DNA of 64,000 nucleotides from Octopus sinensis (taxonomy: Eukaryota), in assembly GCF_006345805.1 (NCBI RefSeq), contig NC_043015.1:45508001-45572000 (forward strand). Reading direction: 5' to 3'. Below are positions 26,260-39,958 of the stretch, in pieces. The notes below the pieces were generated by a model that made no database searches, was not told where the DNA came from, and saw nothing but the letters and a program-made list of their open reading frames with translations. Position 1 is the stretch's first letter. Each line of letters begins with the position of its first letter. The translations under genes and the position numbers were made by a program.

Positions 26260-26935
26260 AGAATAGAGATAACAGTTGCTTGAAAGAGACTTCTTTTCGT
26301 GTTATCTGGAAATCTAGATGTCCTTGCTAGAGTAACTTGTTGACAGCCCCTCGGGCTTAACCAATGTGAGTGTTTACATCACTTTCGCAGCTAGAGATAT
26401 TACTTCCCAGATAAACAAATTCTCCGCATTTGAGAGGTGTGCCAGATATTGTTTTGATTGTTCCGTTTTGATTTAAGTTTATGTATTCTGTTGTGTCTGG
26501 GGAGAGTCATTTTCTTTTTATAATTTAGACACACTCACCGGTAAAATTTCCACTTATTTTTATTTTCCTAAAATTTTTGTTGCGTCTTGCAACCTTTTCA
26601 ATAGCCTTGACTTTATGTATTCTATTTTGTCTGAGTTAACATGGAATTTGACATCTCTTTGGTTGAATGTTCAGAACCAAGGAGAATGGTTTCTGCTTGG
26701 CTTTTTAGATCAGAGAATAGCACGAAAACCATCAGCGTGATCTGCATTTATGATCCCTTTATAGCAGGAAATATAATCCTTCTTCATGGATTTAGTGCGA
26801 ATCCATTGTCTTTAATGGTATCAAAAGAACTTCTGAGAACGTGATTGAAGCAAATGATGAAGACAGTGTTTTGTAGCACTCCTGCAACAATTTCAAAGAA
26901 ATCTGTGTCACCATCTGGATCCTTACCTCAAAACT
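26260..26935 (-). mobile_element. Degenerate RTE-type LINE RT fragment
   Basis: Broken frames give PDGDTDFFEIVAGVLQ, FIICFNHVLR, HVNSDKIEY and FVYLGSNISS. Interrupted by the insertion at 26490-26611. Confidence 0.75.
26490..26611 (-). mobile_element. 122-bp Penelope-like terminal-repeat unit with 12-bp TSD
   Basis: TSD tttatgtattct at 26478-26489 and 26612-26623; homologous to pieces in 41797-42241. The Penelope assignment is inferred from the hammerhead-like motif and the inverted arrangement of the second locus. Confidence 0.65.
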
Positions 26936-26999
26936 AGAAAGAAGAAGATTGGATGGAACCTACACTTGCATACTAAGGATAGCTTTGAATGTCACTTGG

Positions 27000-27650
27000 A
27001 GAGGTCGTCTGACCAATAAGTGATTGTATGGGAACCTTTGTCCAAATGATTTTGAAAACTGTGGAATAGATGATAATCAGATGGGGCAATGTCCAGCGAA
27101 TATGGTGGGTAAGGCATCATTTCCCGTTCAAACTGATCCAGCCTTTGGAATGTCATCCTTGCTGTATGTGGCCAAGCATTATCCTGATGGAAGAACACTT
27201 TTCATCTTGAAACCAAAGATGGTCATTTTTCTTCTAGTGCAGGTGTCAATGAATGGTTGAATGACCAAATCCAAGCTTCTCTGCTTGTTCCCCAACAGTT
27301 ATGATGGGATTTTGTTCCACCAGAGTTTGCAGAATGTTGTCGTCGAGCTTTACAGATCTTCAAGGACTGGGCTTGTCTTCTAGGCTGTAGTTTCCGGCTC
27401 AGAATTTCAACACTGGCTTACGCTTATTGTCCAGTCCCCATATACTGCATCGATATTCCTCACCCTTTCTGTTGCTTTGTTGCCTTTATTGAACTCATAA
27501 AGCAAAATATGCTGAATATGCTCCTTTGCCACTTCCATTATAGCTTTGAAAAAAATAACTGTTAAAATCGAACTGCACTCTTCAAAACTTGCACTAAGAA
27601 TAAGGTCAAGGTAAAAATCACTACCTACTTTTATAGCAAGTTGATGCAGG
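27000..27650 (-). mobile_element. Internally deleted mariner (DD34D) transposon
   Basis: ATG at 27538 gives MEVAKEHIQHILLYEFNKG; downstream HQDNAWPHTAR and YPPYSLDIAPSDYHLF motifs; TIR-like sequence near 27620-27650. Confidence 0.88.
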
Positions 27651-27774
27651 TAGTTTATCCCATCCTCCTCCGACTTTTAGTTCATGCAATTGATAAAACT
27701 GCATTATTTATGGGATGACCCAATGTATGTATGTCTCTCTCTCTCTTTTCTCTCTCTCTCTCTCTTCTCTCTCC

Positions 27775-27809
<35 letters not shown>

Positions 27810-28494
27810 CATACACATACATACATACATACACATACATACATATATATATATATATACATTCATACATATATACATATATATAAATATATATATATAT
27901 ACATACATATATGTATATACATACATATATACATACACATACATATATGTATATACATACATATATATATATATACACACATGCATATATATATATACAC
28001 ATGCATATATATATACACATACATATATATACACACATACATATATATATGCACATACATATATACACACACGTATACACACACACACACACATACATAA
28101 ATTCTAATCTATTTTGAGAGTTCCACTATTGGTAGTAAGTGATCAAACTACTTATGTATTTCCTGTTAGTTTGACTCTTAATCAGTCTGCTATTCTCTCC
28201 GTTCTCTCCGGCTCTTTTATTGGTACTTCTCCGCTACCGCGATATTTATATTTCTTCTCTAAATGGATGGTTGTCGGAATGCGTCTTATTAAGTGTGCTT
28301 ATACGTTTGTGTGCTTGTGTGTGTAAAGGTTTTTATTATTTTATTTCGGAGGTCTATATAAATTTGAACACAAAGCTTGGAGATTGTTCAATACCAGAAT
28401 TATAATGGTTACAGTGCCACAACAGCGGCAACAGCAACGCGAGCATATAAGAAGAAGCATGTCCTTCATAATAATAATAATAATAATAATAATA

Positions 28495-28885
28495 ATCTTT
28501 TCAGTTTAAGTGCCATAACACGTTTGATTAAACATTTTGAAGAAACAAGTCTTCGTAATAGCTACTCAACTGGACGACCATCACTCAAAGACGATAGAAT
28601 TCCTGCTGCAAAAGAATCTTTAGAAAGATTACAAAGTGAAAATCCATTGGGTCATGCAAGCACCTCATAAATTCCACTCGACACAGAGATTCCACAACGA
28701 AGTGTTGTAAGAATTTCCCATAATAATAATAATGTTTATTATTCAAAAACCGCAGACAATAACAGATCTAAGAAAGAAGATAATGGACGAAACAAATGAA
28801 TTTATTGAAGCCGAACTCTTATAAATTTCGAATGCTGTCATACAAAAAGAAAGAAACTTAATTTGAACACTTACTGAAATGTTAG
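28495..28885 (+). mobile_element. Tc1/mariner-superfamily transposase remnant (HTH and C-terminal pieces)
   Basis: SAITRLIKHFEET...STGRPS resembles the N-terminal HTH; KPQTITDLRKKI resembles the C-terminus. Confidence 0.55.
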
Positions 28886-31800
28886 AACAAACCTTATTTT
28901 TATTGTTTTGTGTTAATGAAAAGCTTTCAATTGAATATTTGCTGTGTAATGAAGCAAGAGGAAAAGGCAGTGCGTTGGTTGTGTTGTTGAAATATCTTAA
29001 CAAAATGCATCGAGGTTTTTGTTCAGGATCTTTATGTTCCAAGTTCAAATCCAACTGTGGTCGACTTCACCTTTCGTTCTTTCGGGTTTGATTTAATAAA
29101 GTACGAATCAAGTTCTGGGGTTGATTTAATCAACTCCTAATCTGTATCACTATGCAATTGGGTAACATAGTATAGTAGAACAGGTAAATGAACATACATA
29201 TATATGTGTGTGTGTGTGTGTATGTATGTATATATATGTGTGTGTGTGTGTATGTATGTATGTATATATAGGCACAAGAGTGGCTATGTGGTAAGAAGCT
29301 TGCTTCCCAACCACATGGTTCTGAGTTCAGTCCCACTGCATGGTACCTTAGGCAAGTGTCTTCAACTATAGCCTCAGGCTGACCAAAGCCTTGTGAATGG
29401 ATTTGGTAGACAGAAGCTGAAAGAACCCCATCATATATATATATATATATACACACGAGTGTGATCATTGCCAGAGCAGCTAACTGGCATCTGTGCTGGT
29501 GGCACAGAAGAAGCACCATTCGAGCATGATCGTTACCAGCGTCGCCTTACTGGCGTTTATTTCTGATCTTCTCATTTTAAAAATCATCTCTGGCTAATCA
29601 TTAAGAGGACATTGGTGTTACCTTGGCAGAGGTTTGCACTTTCTGAGTGCCCTTGTTCTTATTATTTTTAATTTTAGTTTAAATGGGGAGGGGGGGGCAG
29701 TCGATTAGATCGACCCAATAATGCAACTGGTACTTAATTTATCGACCCCGAAAGGATGAAATGCAAAGTCAACCTCAGTGGAATGTGAACTCAGAATATA
29801 AAGGCAGGCGAAATACTGCTAAGCATTTCACCCGGTGTGCTAACGTTTCTGCCTGCTCATTGCCTTTGTTTAGTTTCTACGTTTGTCAAAGTTCATTTGT
29901 CACACATCTGTGACCTCATCGGTGACTCTCTGTCCCATGTGTCTCTTCTTGTCCTCCTTATCCCATTTTGTCCATCATATATATATATATGACTGGCGTC
30001 CGTGTCGGTGACATGTAAAAGCACCAACCGATCATGGCCATTTGCCAGCCTCCTCTGGCCCCTGTGCCAGTGGCACATAAAAAAATACCCACTACACTCA
30101 TGGAGTGGTTGGCGTTAGGAAGGGCATCCAGCTGTAGAAACGCTGCCAAACCAGACTGGAGCCTGGTGCAGCCTCCATGGTTTACCAGACCCCGGTCGAA
30201 CCGTCCAACCCATGCTAGCATGGAAAACGGACATTAAATGATGATGATGATGATATATGATGTGCTTCTTTCATTTTCTGTTTATTACCAAATCCTCTCA
30301 CATGGCTTTGGTTGACCTGGGGCTATAGTAGAAGACACTTGCCCCAGGTGCCACACAGTGGGACTGAACCCAAGACCACATGGCTGGTTGGGAAGCGAGC
30401 TTCTTAACCACACAGCCATGACTGCATCTAATCTATAGGAAAAGATACAGTGTTCTGCAAAAAAGATTTATAGAATAAGTACCAGGTTTTAAGAAGAAAA
30501 AAACAGTACTGGAGTTGGTTCATTTGACTAAAAACTCTTCAAGGTAGTGATCCAGCATGGCCTCAGTCTAATGGTCAAAACAAGTAAAAGATAACAGATA
30601 TATGACGTGGCTGTGTGGTAAGAAGCTTGCTTCTTGGCTGCATGGTTCTGGGTTCAGTCCCACTGTGGGACACCTTGAGCAAAGCGTCTTCTACTATAAG
30701 CCTTGGGCCAACCAAAGCCTTCTGAGTGGGTCTGATGGACAGAAAAGACACATTGGATAATGAAGTACCAGATAGACTTAGTCATGAAAAGACTGGATGG
30801 TTATAGGTTTGCTCAGTGACAACTGACCTGAAGCTTAACAGCAACAACAACAAACCTTTGTGGTTGCTGTTTCCTTGGCAGGCCAGGCCAAGCCCTTCAC
30901 ACAATTTCTGGTAAAATTCCTTGTACCAAGCCATTTTATTTCACTTACATGACTAATACCTTTGGGAAAGACAGACAAAAATATTGCAACATCCCCTCCT
31001 CTCTCTATCTATCTCTCTCTCCTCTTCTCCATTTCTTCTTTCTCAGTTCCTTCTCAAACAATTAAACTTTATTCCTCATTCTCATTGCTCAAAATCAATA
31101 TTATTCACAAGCTTAATCCTGTGCAACACTTTTATTTCATCGTTAACAATTGGAAAACAGTGTAAAGATATTCAAAATAGTTTTTTTCCGATGGATTTAT
31201 GGAAAAGTCTGCAGTGACTCATTTCGCTAAAATACCTTTACTGGTCTTGAAAAATAACTGCTGCTTGCCCATTTCTTCTTCTTCTTCTTCTTCTTCTTAT
31301 CCTCCTCCTCCTCCTCCTCCTCCACCACCACCACCATTATCATCATCATCATCTTCTTCTTCTTTGACTTGTTTTCTTCTCTTCATTCAACTCGTTTTCT
31401 TCTTCTTCACCTCCTACTCTTCTTGCTCTTCTTCACCTCTTTCTTCACCTCTTCCTTCTCCTCTTCCTCCTCCTCCTTCTTCTCCCTTGCTTGCTCTCTT
31501 TCTAGGCTTAATGCAGATATCCAGTAGATCTTCTCAATTCTAATCCATATTGACAGCCACTGAAGAAAATGGTAAAACTCCTGGGAGAAATAGCACTAGC
31601 TATTAATTATTGCTTCAGCAATGTAAGACAGAAATTGGTTATTAATTTCCAGTTGCCATCACCATCATCACCACCATCATCATCATCATCACCATCACCA
31701 CCACTTCTGGTCTGGTGGTAGGAGAGAGAGGCATGCTGGCATCCTTCACACACCCAAAGACTGAGAATTAACTCCAAAGACAGCTATTTGACAGGTAAAA

Positions 31801-31989
31801 TTTTATAGCTCAGGCTCTGCGGATAATGTCTAGCGAGAGACAGACAGACAGATAGAGACACAGATAGATTGACAAATAGACAGAATGTAAAGAGAAACAA
31901 TAGGAAAAAAAAATGGTACTGTCTTAAAAGTAACTTTTATCAATAGATTTATTAAAACATTTTTGTTTCCACCTGCCTCTTATTGATTA

Positions 31990-32120
31990 CAGTCAAAAAG
32001 CTTCTCAGCTATGTGCATATGTCACAACACACATATATATACATATGCGCACTTATATATACACATACATACATACATACATGTATATATATAAATATAT
32101 GTGTGTGTATATGTTTATTC

Positions 32121-32174
<54 letters not shown>

Positions 32175-32270
32175 TATATATGTGTGTGTGTATGTTATAT
32201 ATATATATATATGTATGTGTTGTGTGTATATATAATATATATATATATATTATGTGTATGTATATGTGTG

Positions 32271-32308
<38 letters not shown>

Positions 32309-32382
32309 GTATAATATTGTATTATATATATGTTGTATGTATTATATATATATATATATATGTATGTATATATGTGTGTATG

Positions 32383-32413
<31 letters not shown>

Positions 32414-33032
32414 ATATGTGTGTATGTATATATATATATATATGTATGTATATATGTGTGTATGTATATATATATATATATGTATGTATGTATATGTATG
32501 TATGTATATATATGTATGTATGTATATATATATACAAATGTGTGTGTGTATATATGTGTATGTATATATACAAGTATGTGTATATATATGTATGTATGTG
32601 TGTATGAATATATATATATACAAATGTGTGTGTGTATATGTGTATGTATATATACAAGTATGTGTATATATATATATGTATGTATGTGTGTATGAATATA
32701 TATATATACAAATGTGTGTATGTATATATACAAGTATGTGTATATATATGTATGTTTGTATGTATGAATATATATATATATATACAAGTGTGTGTGTATG
32801 TGTACATATATATGTATGTGTGTGTACATATATATGTGTGTGTGTGTATATGTGTATGTATATATACAAGTATGTGTATATATGTTTGTGTGTATGAATA
32901 TATATATATATATACACAAGTGTGTATGTGTATATATATATATGTATGTGTATATATATGTGTATATATATGTATGTTTGTGTGTGTGTATGAATGTATA
33001 TGTATATATATATATATATATGTATATATGAA

Positions 33033-33082
<50 letters not shown>

Positions 33083-33090
33083 TGCACATA
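31990..33090. repeat. Compound (TA)/(TG)/(TATG) microsatellite, ~1.1 kb
   Basis: Directly visible. Comparable tracts at 17420-17830, 24990-25570, 27720-28100, 55960-56435 and 61290-62350. Confidence 0.97.
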
Positions 33091-33949
33091 GTGTAATGTA
33101 ATTTTTATTGCACGTCTGCAGTTTCTAAATCATTGGACTATAATGCTTTTAGGGGTTGTTGTTGTCGGTGGTGGTGTTGTTGTTGTTGTTTCTCTCCCTT
33201 TTTGCTATCTTGTTGTGGAACAGCCCCTGTCAGGTCTCTATTTTCTTTCCCAATTACTTAGAGTGGGTGGGGACAGTTGTGGTGGGTGGGGGGACCGGTG
33301 TGGCTAACCTTCCACGAATAGAGCAAACGAACACAATATAGGAATGGAACATTTTTGTATTTTAAGAGTAGCGATGGTGGTGGTGGTGTGCATGAGGGGG
33401 CGGGATTTGGGGGTGGGTTGGGGGTAACTGTTTAAGGTCTACATTATAGTGCTGTTCAGACACTAAGATGTGTGTGTATGGCGGGGGGGGGTTACATGCC
33501 TGAGAAGAAGGTGTTAAAAGTTGCAGGAGTGGCTGTGTGGTAAGTAGCTTGCTTACCAACCACATGGTTCCGGGTTCAGTCCCACTGCGTGGCACCTTGG
33601 GCAGGTGTCTTCTGCCATAGCCCCGGGCCGACCAATGCCTTGTGAGTGGATTTGGTAGACGGAAACTGAAAGAAGCCTGTCGTATACATGTATATATATA
33701 TATATGTATATATATGTGTGTGTGTGTGTGTCTGTGTTTGTCCCCCTAGCATTGCTTGACAACCGATGCTGGTGTGTTTACGTCCCCGTCACTTAGCGGT
33801 TCAGCAAAAAGAGACCGATAGAATAAGTACTGGGCTTACAAAGAATAAGTCCCGGGGTCGATTTGCTCGACTAAAGGCGGTGCTCCAGCATGGCCGCAGT
33901 CAAATGACTGAAACAAGTAAAAGAGTACTAAATGCTGCTGCTTCCTACT

Positions 33950-34680
33950 AATGTCACCCTCACCACTACTGCAACCACTACTACCATTACCACCACCACC
34001 ACCACCACAACAACAACATCACCTCTGCCATTACTTCTACCACCACCATAATCACTACATCAACAACTACTACTACTACTATTACTACTGCTGTTGTTAC
34101 ATCCATCATTATCATCGCTATGACTAACCACCATCACTACTGCTACTAATAATAATGATACTACTACTACTACTACTACTAACACAACTACTACTATTAC
34201 CACTACCTCTGCTACCACTACTACTACTACAACTGCCAACACCACCACCTCTACTACTACTACTACTACCACCACCACCACCTCTGCTACTTCCAGTACT
34301 AACACCAACACCACAACTACTACTCCTCTACTTCTACTACTACTACCACCACCACCACAACAGTTATTACTATGACTATTACTATTACCACTGCCATCAC
34401 CACTACTAATACTACTACTACCAGTACTACCACAACCACCTCTATTACTACTACTACCACCACCACCACTTCTACTACTACCACTACCACCACCACTTCT
34501 GCTACTTCCACTACTAACACCAACACCACAACTACTACTCCTCTACTTCTGCTACTACCACCACAACCACAACAGTTATTACTTTGACTGTTGCTATTAC
34601 TACTGCCATCACCACTACTAATACTACTACCAGTACTACCACAACCACCACTACGAATACTACTACTATCATCAGTATTG
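33950..34680. repeat. (ACT)/(ACC) trinucleotide mosaic
   Basis: Directly visible. Similar tracts at 39040-39170, 51230-51430 and 31275-31490 (CTT/CCT). Confidence 0.95.
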
Positions 34681-35383
34681 AGATTAAACAGTCAAATTCT
34701 TATTTGAAACAACCTACAGGCCCAAAGATTTTGAGTAGTTAAGTTCATTCATTCATTTTTCTTTTTAATTAAGTTCTAATTGAATTTTTGGTAAATTGTA
34801 AAATAAATTACTACTTTTTAATTTTATTGTGTTAGCGTCTTCTCTTAGATGTTGTACAAACTGCTAATCTGAATAACTAGTTTGTCTTCAAATGTTTTTA
34901 GCAAGTATAATCACCTTTATCTGAATAAACTGTGCTAATGAATTTGGTTTAATTAAAATCCACTTTTTCATAATGGCATTTTTGTCAACCAGCCAAAGAT
35001 GGGGACTGGATTCAGTTTCTTAACCCTTTTGATAACCAATATGTCTGAGACCAACCTTGGTTTTATGATACAAATTTCCAAATTTAAAGTAACGGGAACC
35101 CCTTTTTTGTTAAAAATTAGGTTAAAAAAATATGGGAGTTTCTTACACATAGATAGTATAAAACCTTCTTTCCAAATTTTAAGCCCCCAAAATTGAGGGG
35201 TTCCCTATACACAAAGGCTTTCATCAAAATTTCAACTTAATTCATGTTACTTCTTATTGGTTTCAAATTTTGGCACAAGGTGGAGATAAAGCGATTACAT
35301 CAAACCCAGCTGGTACTTATTTTATAGATCCTGAGAGGGATGAAAGGCAAAGTTGACCTCAGCAGAATTTTAACTCAGAATGT

Positions 35384-35805
35384 TGTTGGCATCCTTTTGT
35401 CTTGGGAGACAATGGAGTTGCGCATAAACTAATCCAGTCTGGTTTTTATATTTCATGTCCTCTCCAGTTTTGCGCAGGCCTGGGGCCCGGGCTAGATGTA
35501 AGAAAATCCTGGGTAGCCCAATCATTAGGATTCCTCTCTCGACCTTGCTGACGTAGTCCAATGAAGTGCAGGGCATTATGTTTGGCACCAGCTTCGTTGC
35601 AGGAGCTGCTGGAAGAGTGTCGAGTCGAACACTAAACCGCATACAGGGCTCCACTCTGGATTTCTTTGAAGGTTGACTCCTTTCCGTAACCCTGGATAAG
35701 GGCCCATACCAGGTACTGTCAGCCGGAGCTAGCTGAGCCCGGGACTCGTGTCAGGCAGGGTCATCACTCCCTGAAGTAGTGAAGAAAATCACTACCCACT
35801 ACCTA
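35384..35805 (-). mobile_element. Short non-autonomous RTE-derived element with 12-bp TSD
   Basis: TSD aactcagaatgt at 35372-35383 and 35806-35817, inside a family B SINE. Body resembles RTE/BovB-type 5' UTR (gcagctcctgcaacgaagctggtgccaaac). Confidence 0.65.
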
Positions 35806-37371
35806 AACTCAGAATGTAAAATCAGACGAAATGCCCTAAGCATTTTTGCCCAGCATGCTAACAATTCTGCTTGCTCACTGCCTTTCCGTTCCCTATTATT
35901 GGTTTCAAATTTTAGCACAAGGCCAGTAATTTCAGGGAATGAGATAAGTCGATTACATTGACTCCAGTACTCAACTGGTACTTATTTTATAAATCCTGAA
36001 AGGATGAAGGGCAAAGTCGACCTCAGCAGAATTTGAACTCAGAGCATAAAGACAGACAAAATGCCGCTAAGTATTTTACTCAGTGTGTTAACAAATCTCC
36101 CAGCTTGCTGCCTTTATGTTTCCTAATAAAGACAGTTATTTTACTAAATTCTTCCTGCAAACGGTGTCATATGAAATTGTCACCCATAATTATGACCCTA
36201 GTATCGATCTATTGCATTTCAATCTGTTTTAGAGTTAGGGTTAGGATTAGGGGAAGGGTATCTTTTTTCTTCACAAATGTAAATAAACCCAATCTGTTTC
36301 TTAAACGAGGGACATATTCATACGGCACAGAATGTGTTTTTTTTTACCTCAATAGACGTCATTGATTGGTTGAAATTGCAGAAATTGAAGAAAAAAAAAA
36401 CAAATATCTTACAAACTATAGAATTTTCTCAATAAAGCCAAGAGAAAAAAGATGTTTTATAAACACATTCTACCAGTATATGAAGTTTAAAATTTTTTAG
36501 TTACCTAGAAATTATGTTAAAAACTGTCGTTCAAACCGAAAAGCTCCAAGTTTTCTAATCGCAATAAAGCAATGGGATGCCAAAATTTCCTATCTAAAAG
36601 TTTTGTTGTTGTTGGTGATGGGGAGTTACTTTCACCATGGAATGGGAAGGGGATATTCTGTAGCTAGAAATCTGTTAACTGTTAAATGGATTAACTTCCA
36701 TGTGCTTTAGGTTGTGAGGTTTTCAGATTCTCCTCTTACATTACACAAATTCGTGTTAAATGATTAGGTGAAGTTTTTTGCTTTGCTTCGTTTTGTTTCG
36801 GTTTTTTTTTTTTGGTTTTTTTTTTGTGTGTGTGTTCCTTAATTGAAGGCGAAATATTCTGGTGAAATGAAATATAGCGAAGAAGGACTGTTGAAACCGG
36901 ATTCTGTGTGATTGCCGAAAAACAACTGAACTCCCTTACCAATAAAGATTATTTTTTCCCTGCTCATATATTCCTTGTGAACCAGACCTTGACACCTAAC
37001 AAGTGTATTTGTCAGGGCCCACCACCACCACACTCCCCCACCCCCCACAAAACATTAGTGTATGATGTGTGTATCAAGCTCTCTACTATACGTCACAACA
37101 AAATGTTCAGAGATAATTCTGAAGTTTCCCTCCTGGATACATTATACATGATTAACTGGCAGAGTTCTTCCACACTGTTGACTGTTTGAAAAATTCTCAT
37201 TTACAGAACACACACACACACACTGATATAAATCTTCCTGTAGAATATTGTGTTGTACACCTCAACAAAGTATATTACAATATAAGTCCAGTTTACTGAA
37301 AACTATACTCTGCTTCTGCTTTGCAGTTGGAATGATTTGTGTTAGGAAAAAAAAGGATATTATTTATCCTT

Positions 37372-37790
37372 TTACTCTTTTACTTGTTTCAGTCATTTGA
37401 CTGTGGCCATGCTGGAACGCAGCCTTGAAGGGTTTTAATCAAACAAATTGACCCCAGGACTTATTTTTTAACCAATGCAAACACACCATAATCAGTTGTC
37501 AAGCAGTAATGGTGGGGACAAACACAGACACAAAGGCACATGTATACATAGATATACTCTTACTCTTTTATTTGTTTCAGTCATTTGACTGTGGCCATGC
37601 TGGAACGCAGCCTTGAAGGGTTTTAATCAAACAAATTGACCCCAGGACTTATTTTTTAACCAATGCAAACACACCATAATCAGTTGTCAAGCAGTAATGG
37701 TGGGGACAAACACAGACACAAAGGCACATGTATACATAGATATACTCTTACTCTTTTATTTGTTTCAGTCATTTGACTGTGGCCATGCTG
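37372..37790 (+). repeat. 188-bp tandem duplication x2.2
   Basis: Anchor gtttcagtcatttgactg at 37386, 37574 and 37762; first two units look identical. Confidence 0.92.
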
Positions 37791-39632
37791 GAATGCTGCC
37801 GTTTAGTCAAGCAAATCGACCCCAGGGCTTATTCTTTGTAAGCTTAGTACTTATTCTATCGGTCTCTTTTGCTGAACCACTAAGTTACAGGGACTTAAAC
37901 ACACCAGCATCGGTTGTCAGGCAATATTAGAGGGACAAACACAGATACACAAGCATATACACACACATACATACATATATATATATCTATATACGACGGG
38001 CTTCTTTCAGTTTCTGTCTATCAAATCCACTCACAAGGCTTTGGTCGGCCCGAGGCTGGCTATAGTAGAAGACACTTGCCCAAAGTTCCACACAACGGGA
38101 CTGAACCCAGATATATATATACGATGGGCTTCTTTTAGTTTTCATCTACCAAATCCACTCGCAAGGCTTTGGTCAGCCTGAAGCTATAGTAGAAGACATT
38201 TTCATGGTGCTCCAGTTCACACACCTGTAGAAACAAGCTGCAATGTCACAGGTGTATCAACCTTTTGCCTGTCTCTTGGATAACATCGGTGACGTAGAGA
38301 CGGGAGGCTGATATGCATGAGCGACTGCTGGTCTTCCATAAACAACCTTGCCCAGACTTGTACCTCAGAGGGGAAACATTCTCGGTGCAATCCCATGGTC
38401 ATTCATGACCGAAGGGGGTCTTTATATTTAGTTAGTATTATAAATTTTCATCACTTTACCTCACAGCCACACATTGTTGCTCCATCTTAAACCCTCGCCC
38501 CCTTCCTCTTCCCATAATCCAATCAACAGATCTGCAACACCTTTTACAAACAACCAGCCAACCCACCCCGGGGAATTAAATAAATCCATTTAAAGCTTTT
38601 ACTACGGTTTTTGCTTCCTTCTTCGCCATTCACACTCCCATGCGATCATTCTATCAATTATTCCAGTTGTTTAGCTTTCTCAGGTGTTACCTCTTTGCTA
38701 TATCAGTTGACCAAATCATCCATAATCCGCGTCCCTTGTCGTCCCCTTTCACACCTTTTATTTGTGAGCCCAAACAATAGTTTCAGTTTTCTCCCTGTTG
38801 TCGCCTCCTCAATTACTCTTGTTTGTCTAGCAGCTTCATCGCATTCACTTGAACCTTCTGGGGTTTTTTGTTGGCTTTTGTATTCTGATTAAAGGGATAC
38901 AAATATAACCCCTGCCTTGGCTTGAAATAAGATACTGCTGTTTTAGAACATTTATTCACCCTCACCTCAGCTTAATGTGTTTGGTTTAAAATATACAAAC
39001 ACAAACCAAAACTTCAAAAGTTGGATGTATGTGTATGTAATGATAGTAGTAGTGGTGGTAGTAGTAGAGGTGGTAGTGGTGGTGGTGGTAGTAGTAGTAG
39101 TAGTAGAGGTGGTGGTGATAGTGGCGGTAGTAGTTGTAGCTGGTGGTAGTAGTGGTGATAGTGGCGGTTGTGTTTGTGTATGTATACGCACATATATGTG
39201 TGTGTGTGTACATATACACACTCACATGACATACATCTACAAGCATACATACATGTGTGTGTTTGTGTGTGTATAATGTACATCTAAATGAAATTTGAAA
39301 TTTAATTAGTTAACCAAGAAACGAGAAATATTCGGAAAAAAACTACAAGGAAAATTAATTTTTATTCCAGTGATATGATGGTATACATTTTAGTTTCCAA
39401 TCTTTTTCTCCCTACTGCATAAACTTTATACCTAATATAGATTTAAAAACCCTCTGTAATCCCTGCTTTGATTTACAGACATCACGACAGGATAAAGTTC
39501 ACTTCTCAACCAAGTGGATTTGGTTTCAATTCTGTTATATAGTACTTTGGGAAAATGTCTTCTATTATAGTGCTACAAGTGAAATTTAACCCTTTAACAT
39601 TCATATTATTCAGTCGAGTGTAATGCTTATTT

Positions 39633-39958
39633 ATTACCTCTGCCTTGGCGAAGAGGAGGTATTGTTTTCAGTCCCATTTGTTTGTTTGTTTACTCATGGA
39701 CAAGATATCTCAAGAACCGCTGGATGGATTTGGATGAAACTTTCAGGGATGTTTGGCCACATGACTGACATGAACTGATTAGATTTTGGGATCGATCCGG
39801 TACCGGACAAGGATCTGGATTATTTTTCCAGTTTTTTTTTTACTTAATTCTTGAGAGCAGTCGGGTTCAATTTTAGTATTCTCGTTTGTGAGAGCAGTCA
39901 AGTTTACTTCAGATATTCCCATTTTAAAAATCATCTCCAGCTAACCATTGAGAGGACA
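39633..39958 (+). mobile_element. Helentron-associated non-autonomous element (5' end intact)
   Basis: 5' subTIR tacctctgcc (39635-39644) followed by a short IR and (gttt)n. The complementary ggcagaggt plus hairpin gcact-ttctg-agtgc is seen at the 3' end of the copy at 29555-29655. It sits in a piggyBac MITE stub starting at 39590. Confidence 0.6.

Noticed and set aside
31983-33089. 250-320-aa Tyr/Ile/His/Cys/Val ORFs (also 2879-3445, 17345-17854, 27684-28117, 55957-56598, 61430-62417)
   Set aside because: Stop-free translations of microsatellites on both strands.
33396-33424. G-quadruplex-forming motif
   Set aside because: Isolated low-complexity G tract with no functional context.
35680-35775. 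HDV-like ribozyme in the RTE-derived 5' UTR
   Set aside because: P2- and P4-like helices are present, but P1/P3/L3 and J4/2 do not fit; left only as a test in the related finding.
38690-38890. Minus-strand exon-like segment with good splice signals
   Set aside because: Stops in all frames; RKLKLLFG...RGRQGTRIMDDL is a degenerate RTE C-terminus.
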